DNA of 64,000 nucleotides from an uncultured Gemmatimonadaceae bacterium (GTDB taxonomy: Bacteria > Gemmatimonadota > Gemmatimonadetes > Gemmatimonadales > Gemmatimonadaceae), in assembly GCA_963761305.1 (NCBI GenBank), contig CAVXGK010000002.1, positions 736,001 through 800,000 on the forward strand, written 5' to 3'. Under the pieces are notes generated by a model that saw only the letters and a list, made by a program, of their open reading frames with translations, was not told the origin of the DNA and did no database searches. The translations under genes were made by a program, and so were the position numbers. Each line of letters starts with the position of its first letter. The stretch's first letter is position 1. Below, one piece after another: positions 60,772 through 64,000 of this stretch.

Positions 60772-61486
60772 TTGTCAAAACGCCGAGATCCGGGATCTGT
60801 TGCCGGAGTTGCTGCACGACCGCCTGGACGCGCCGACGCGCGCGCAGGTGCTCGCGCACGTGAACGGCTGCGCCGACTGTCGCTCGGAGTTGGAGCTCCT
60901 GCGCTCGATGCGTGGGTCGTTGCATCGCGGAACGCCGCGCGTGGACGTGAATCGCATCGTCGCGGCGCTGCCCAAGCCGGGGTCGGCTCGTCCGGCGCAG
61001 CGACGTCGTGCGTGGCGCGTGTTGAACGACTGGCGCATCGCCGCCGCGGTGACGTTCCTCGTCGCCGGCGGCACGTCGATGGTCGTGATTCACAACGCGC
61101 GCGATGGCCGACGCGATTCGACCGACGCGGCGGCGGCTCGCCCCGCGGCGACGGTCGCGACCCAGACGACGACGCGCGTCGATTCGCCGTCGAACGTTCG
61201 CCCGACCGCAGCCGAGACCGCGTCGCATCCCGCCGCGGTGGCTGCAACACCGAACCGCTCGCTGCCCGTGACGACACGGCCTGTGTCTCGCGGCGCGACG
61301 GAAGCGGTTGCGTCGACGAACGATCAGGGCGCGAGCCTTGGCAACAGCCGGATCGACGATCTGAACTCGCGCCAACTCAAGTCGCTGCTGAACGACATCG
61401 ACCACATGGACGCGACGCCGATCACCGACCCGGAACCGGTCACGCTCCGCGTCGGCGCTCGCACGGCGTCGCCGACGGGGCTGTGA
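60764..61486 (+). CDS. Zinc-finger (HxxxCxxC) transmembrane anti-sigma factor
   Basis: HVNGCADC, single TM (IAAAVTFLVAGG), overlaps the sigma gene stop. Confidence 0.88.
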   Translation: MSDCQNAEIRDLLPELLHDRLDAPTRAQVLAHVNGCADCRSELELLRSMRGSLHRGTPRVDVNRIVAALPKPGSARPAQRRRAWRVLNDWRIAAAVTFLVAGGTSMVVIHNARDGRRDSTDAAAARPAATVATQTTTRVDSPSNVRPTAAETASHPAAVAATPNRSLPVTTRPVSRGATEAVASTNDQGASLGNSRIDDLNSRQLKSLLNDIDHMDATPITDPEPVTLRVGARTASPTGL

Positions 61487-61493
61487 GCGTTTC

Positions 61494-62096
61494 GTGAACG
61501 CGATCCACCGTCTGCTGGCGATCGCCGCACTGTGCGCGGCGCTTCCCGGCGCGGGCTTGGCGCAGGGCGGACGAGCCGTTCCCCCTCGGCGGCCCGCACG
61601 CCAAGCGCTCAAGGAGGAGCGGCAGGCGGAGCGCGCCGACTCCGGCGCGCCGGCTGGCGATCGCGCCGCGTTGCAACGGCAGGTGCGTCAAGCGTTCGCT
61701 CGCCGAGTGCGAAAGGTGCTGAACCTCAACGACGAGCAGATGCAGTCGCTGCAGCGCGTGAATCAGAAGTACGATCGCCAGCGCGGCGACATCTTCCGCG
61801 ACGAGCGCTCGGCGCGCGTCGGCCTCAAGGCGGCAATGGAGGATTCGACCGCCCCCGATCAGAACGCTCGCATCGAGCAGCAGATGAACGTGCTCGTGCA
61901 AGCGCAGCGGCGGCGCGCGGATCTGTTCGAGAACGAGCAGAAGGAGCTTGCGGGAGTTCTCACGCCGCTGCAGCGAGCGCGGTTCACGGTAATGCAGGAA
62001 CAACTGGCGAATCGTCTGCAGCAGATCCAGCAGTCCGCCGCCGCGCCTCCCGGGCCGCCGCCGCCTGACACTCCGCTGGCGCGCGATCCCGATTGA
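61494..62096 (+). CDS. Spy/CpxP-like periplasmic protein
   Basis: Signal peptide; LNLNDEQ and VLTPLQ (LTxxQ) motifs. Confidence 0.8.
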   Translation: MNAIHRLLAIAALCAALPGAGLAQGGRAVPPRRPARQALKEERQAERADSGAPAGDRAALQRQVRQAFARRVRKVLNLNDEQMQSLQRVNQKYDRQRGDIFRDERSARVGLKAAMEDSTAPDQNARIEQQMNVLVQAQRRRADLFENEQKELAGVLTPLQRARFTVMQEQLANRLQQIQQSAAAPPGPPPPDTPLARDPD

Positions 62097-62130
62097 GGGG
62101 GGTTGGGGCGGTGACTACATTCGAGTCCCG

Positions 62131-62214
62131 GCCCGGGTGGTGGAATTGGTAGACGCAGGGGACTCAAAATCCCCCGAGCTTCGGCTCTTGCGGGTTCGAG
62201 TCCCGCCTCGGGCA
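62131..62214 (+). tRNA. tRNA-Leu (anticodon CAA), CCA not encoded
   Basis: Acceptor gcccggg/ctcgggc, D-loop ggaattggtagac, anticodon arm gggga-ctCAAaa-tcccc, long variable arm, gggttcgagtccc. Confidence 0.97.
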
Positions 62215-62248
62215 TCGTAGCGCCGGCGCATTAACCGTCGACGTTTGC

Positions 62249-62308
62249 AATTGACACCGCGTGCGCGTGAATTGACAGTGCGTGCACGGCGAATGGAACC
62301 GCGTGCGC
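62249..62308. repeat. Degenerate ~21-bp tandem repeat (3 units)
   Basis: aattgacaccgcgtgcgcgtg / aattgacagtgcgtgcacggcg / aatggaaccgcgtgcgc. Confidence 0.6.
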
Positions 62309-62718
62309 AAACGGTGGACGACCGGCGTTGCCGGGTTGCACTAAACGCGGACGACTCCGACACCGCGCGCAAACGAACGCGCAGGTCGCCCGCACGCGAT
62401 GGAACGGCGCCGCTCGACGCTGGCACCCGACGCGGAACAGTTCACATTCGGTGCGCCGCGACTCGAGCCTGGCGTAGACCCAAGGCGACTCGGTGCCAGA
62501 GACGGCGCACTTCAATATTGGCGCGCGTCAACCAACGCACGACATCAGGGGCGTGCGTCGCGTCCGGCGGGATCGAACGCCGGCGCCGAGCGCAGTTCGG
62601 CAATCGCGACAGGGACTCGTGAACGGCCGATTGGGATGGCGTCTCGCGAGCGAACCGCGGTGACGGGCCGGCTGACACTCGTGCGAAATCGCCGGTCTTC
62701 ACCGTTTTGTCTCCTACG

Positions 62719-62802
62719 CGTCGGGGAAAATTCGTCGACCCCGGCAGAAAGTCCGGTGTTCGTCGGGGAAAGTCCGTCGTCCGCGGGGGAAGGTCGGCCG
62801 GC
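62719..62802. repeat. Degenerate 21-bp tandem repeat (4 or more units)
   Basis: cgtcggggaaaattcgtcgac / cccggcagaaagtccggtgtt / cgtcggggaaagtccgtcgtc / cgcgggggaaggtcggccggc. Confidence 0.6.
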
Positions 62803-63254
62803 GAGGACCACAAATGTCCGGCCATCGACGCAAACCGTCCTGCCTGGTGCGGCCAGTGAGAAGTCGGCGGCGAATTCAACGCGGTCGGCGCGGGAAAAAT
62901 CGGCGTCCGTGGAAGCAAGTCTCGCGGCGACTCCTTCAAACACGTTCGACACGCGAATTAGTCGCGTGCTTCCAAGGAAATGGCAGCCCGCCCAAACGCG
63001 AACTTCGGCGTTCGGCCGCCCAAGTCAGCTCGACGCGGCAGAAAGTGTCCCTTCACGCCTTGAAACCGTGCTGGCCGAGGATCGAAGGTTGATCGGTCGC
63101 TCCCCAATGAGCGTGGCGGTTCGGTAAAGGGGAGCACTCGCGGCGACAACCGGTTGGCGCGTGTCGCATAGCCCGCTCCCCACAGTAGCAATGCCGACGC
63201 GTCCCGAGTCGAGTCGGCTCGCCGCGTCGCCGAGACGGGCGCCTGACCGGGAAC

Positions 63255-64000
63255 TCAGGCAGCCGCCTGTGCCTCGCGCACCTGCTTGAGCCCGTTCTGA
63301 ATGAACCCGAACACCAGCAGCCACGCAACGACGCCGAGCGCGAGATACTTGGCGAAGAACGTCTCCGGAATCGGCGAGTTCCATGTCATGTGCATCACGA
63401 TGCAGATCCCGAGCACGCGCAGGAATCGCGGATCGGCGAACATCTCGCGCTTGAACGGTTGGTCGCCGCGCACACGCCAGAGCGCCGCACCGACGAGCCC
63501 CGTCCAGAGTACGTGTCCGCCCAACACCGACAACACACCGCGCTGAAAGATCGTGGCGCGCATGGCTTGGTCGCCGGTGCCCAACGCGCTGTTGAGCGCG
63601 TAGCCCGCCGATTCGAACACCGCGAACCCGGTGCCGACGGTCGCGCCGAACAGGAGGCCGTTCAACGTCCAGCGATAGCGTGGCCGTCGCACGACGAGCA
63701 ATAGCGCCGACGCCTTGCCGATTTCCTCGACGATCCCGGCGCCCGCCGCGCCGAGCCACGTGCCGATCCCCGTGAACTTGAAGCCGAACAGCGCGACGAC
63801 GATCGACACCAAGCCGCCGATGAGTGCCAGCCGCAGCACCTGGTACAGCGAGATGTTGCGCGGGACGTTCACCTCGAAGAAGAAAATCAGCAGCGAGAGC
63901 GGCACCGCCACCGAGCCGATCATGATCAGGCCCGGAATCAGGTTGATGTTGTCGAACTCCTGCCACGCCAGCACGAATCCGTAGTAGAGCGCGAGCGACA
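63255..64000 (-). CDS. PrsW-family intramembrane metalloprotease (start outside window)
   Basis: IVEEIGK, GFAVFESAGY, GHVLWTG, HMTWN. Confidence 0.88.
   Translation of the reverse strand, partial: SLALYYGFVLAWQEFDNINLIPGLIMIGSVAVPLSLLIFFFEVNVPRNISLYQVLRLALIGGLVSIVVALFGFKFTGIGTWLGAAGAGIVEEIGKASALLLVVRRPRYRWTLNGLLFGATVGTGFAVFESAGYALNSALGTGDQAMRATIFQRGVLSVLGGHVLWTGLVGAALWRVRGDQPFKREMFADPRFLRVLGICIVMHMTWNSPIPETFFAKYLALGVVAWLLVFGFIQNGLKQVREAQAAA

Noticed and set aside
62131..64000. Integrative element at tRNA-Leu
   Set aside because: No integrase and no downstream duplication of the tRNA 3' end within the window

Overview
High-GC bacterial chromosomal window, mostly core genes; gene order and protein style suggest Gemmatimonadota (inference). 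Left arm (minus strand): a nearly continuous, overlap-coupled run truA-degP-purB-purC-psd-pssA-purS-purQ-hyp-purL-purF-ppdK, followed by a GT4 glycosyltransferase / deacetylase / flippase-like trio. Centre: GAF protein-trpD, lexA, a divergent trpC-F-B-[HEAT]-[HD-GYP]-trpA-folB-folK-yqeK-LytR_C run, rlmN, and aspS-phoH-ybeY-2xCNNM-meaB-B12 mutase. The mutase subunits are split by an AKR/two-component/methyltransferase block and followed by a carboxyltransferase and a split AtuA. Right arm: U32 protein, recQ, acyl-CoA dehydrogenase, rne/rng with a long structured leader, rplU-rpmA, a frameshifted GDPD, an ECF sigma/anti-sigma/Spy trio, tRNA-Leu(CAA) and a partial PrsW gene. No CRISPR array, rRNA, transposase or integrase was seen. 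Best leads: (1) a candidate LexA operator (TTCGG-N6-TTCGG twice, over the lexA promoter and abutting trpC); (2) a B12 mutase with isobutyryl-CoA-mutase-type residues clustered with MeaB, a carboxyltransferase and AtuA; (3) a HEAT + HD-GYP pair sharing an N-terminal motif, embedded between trpB and trpA; (4) a multibranch RNA structure in the rne/rng leader; (5) a HexSDF-like aminoglycolipid module. All calls come from motif reading; no searches were run.
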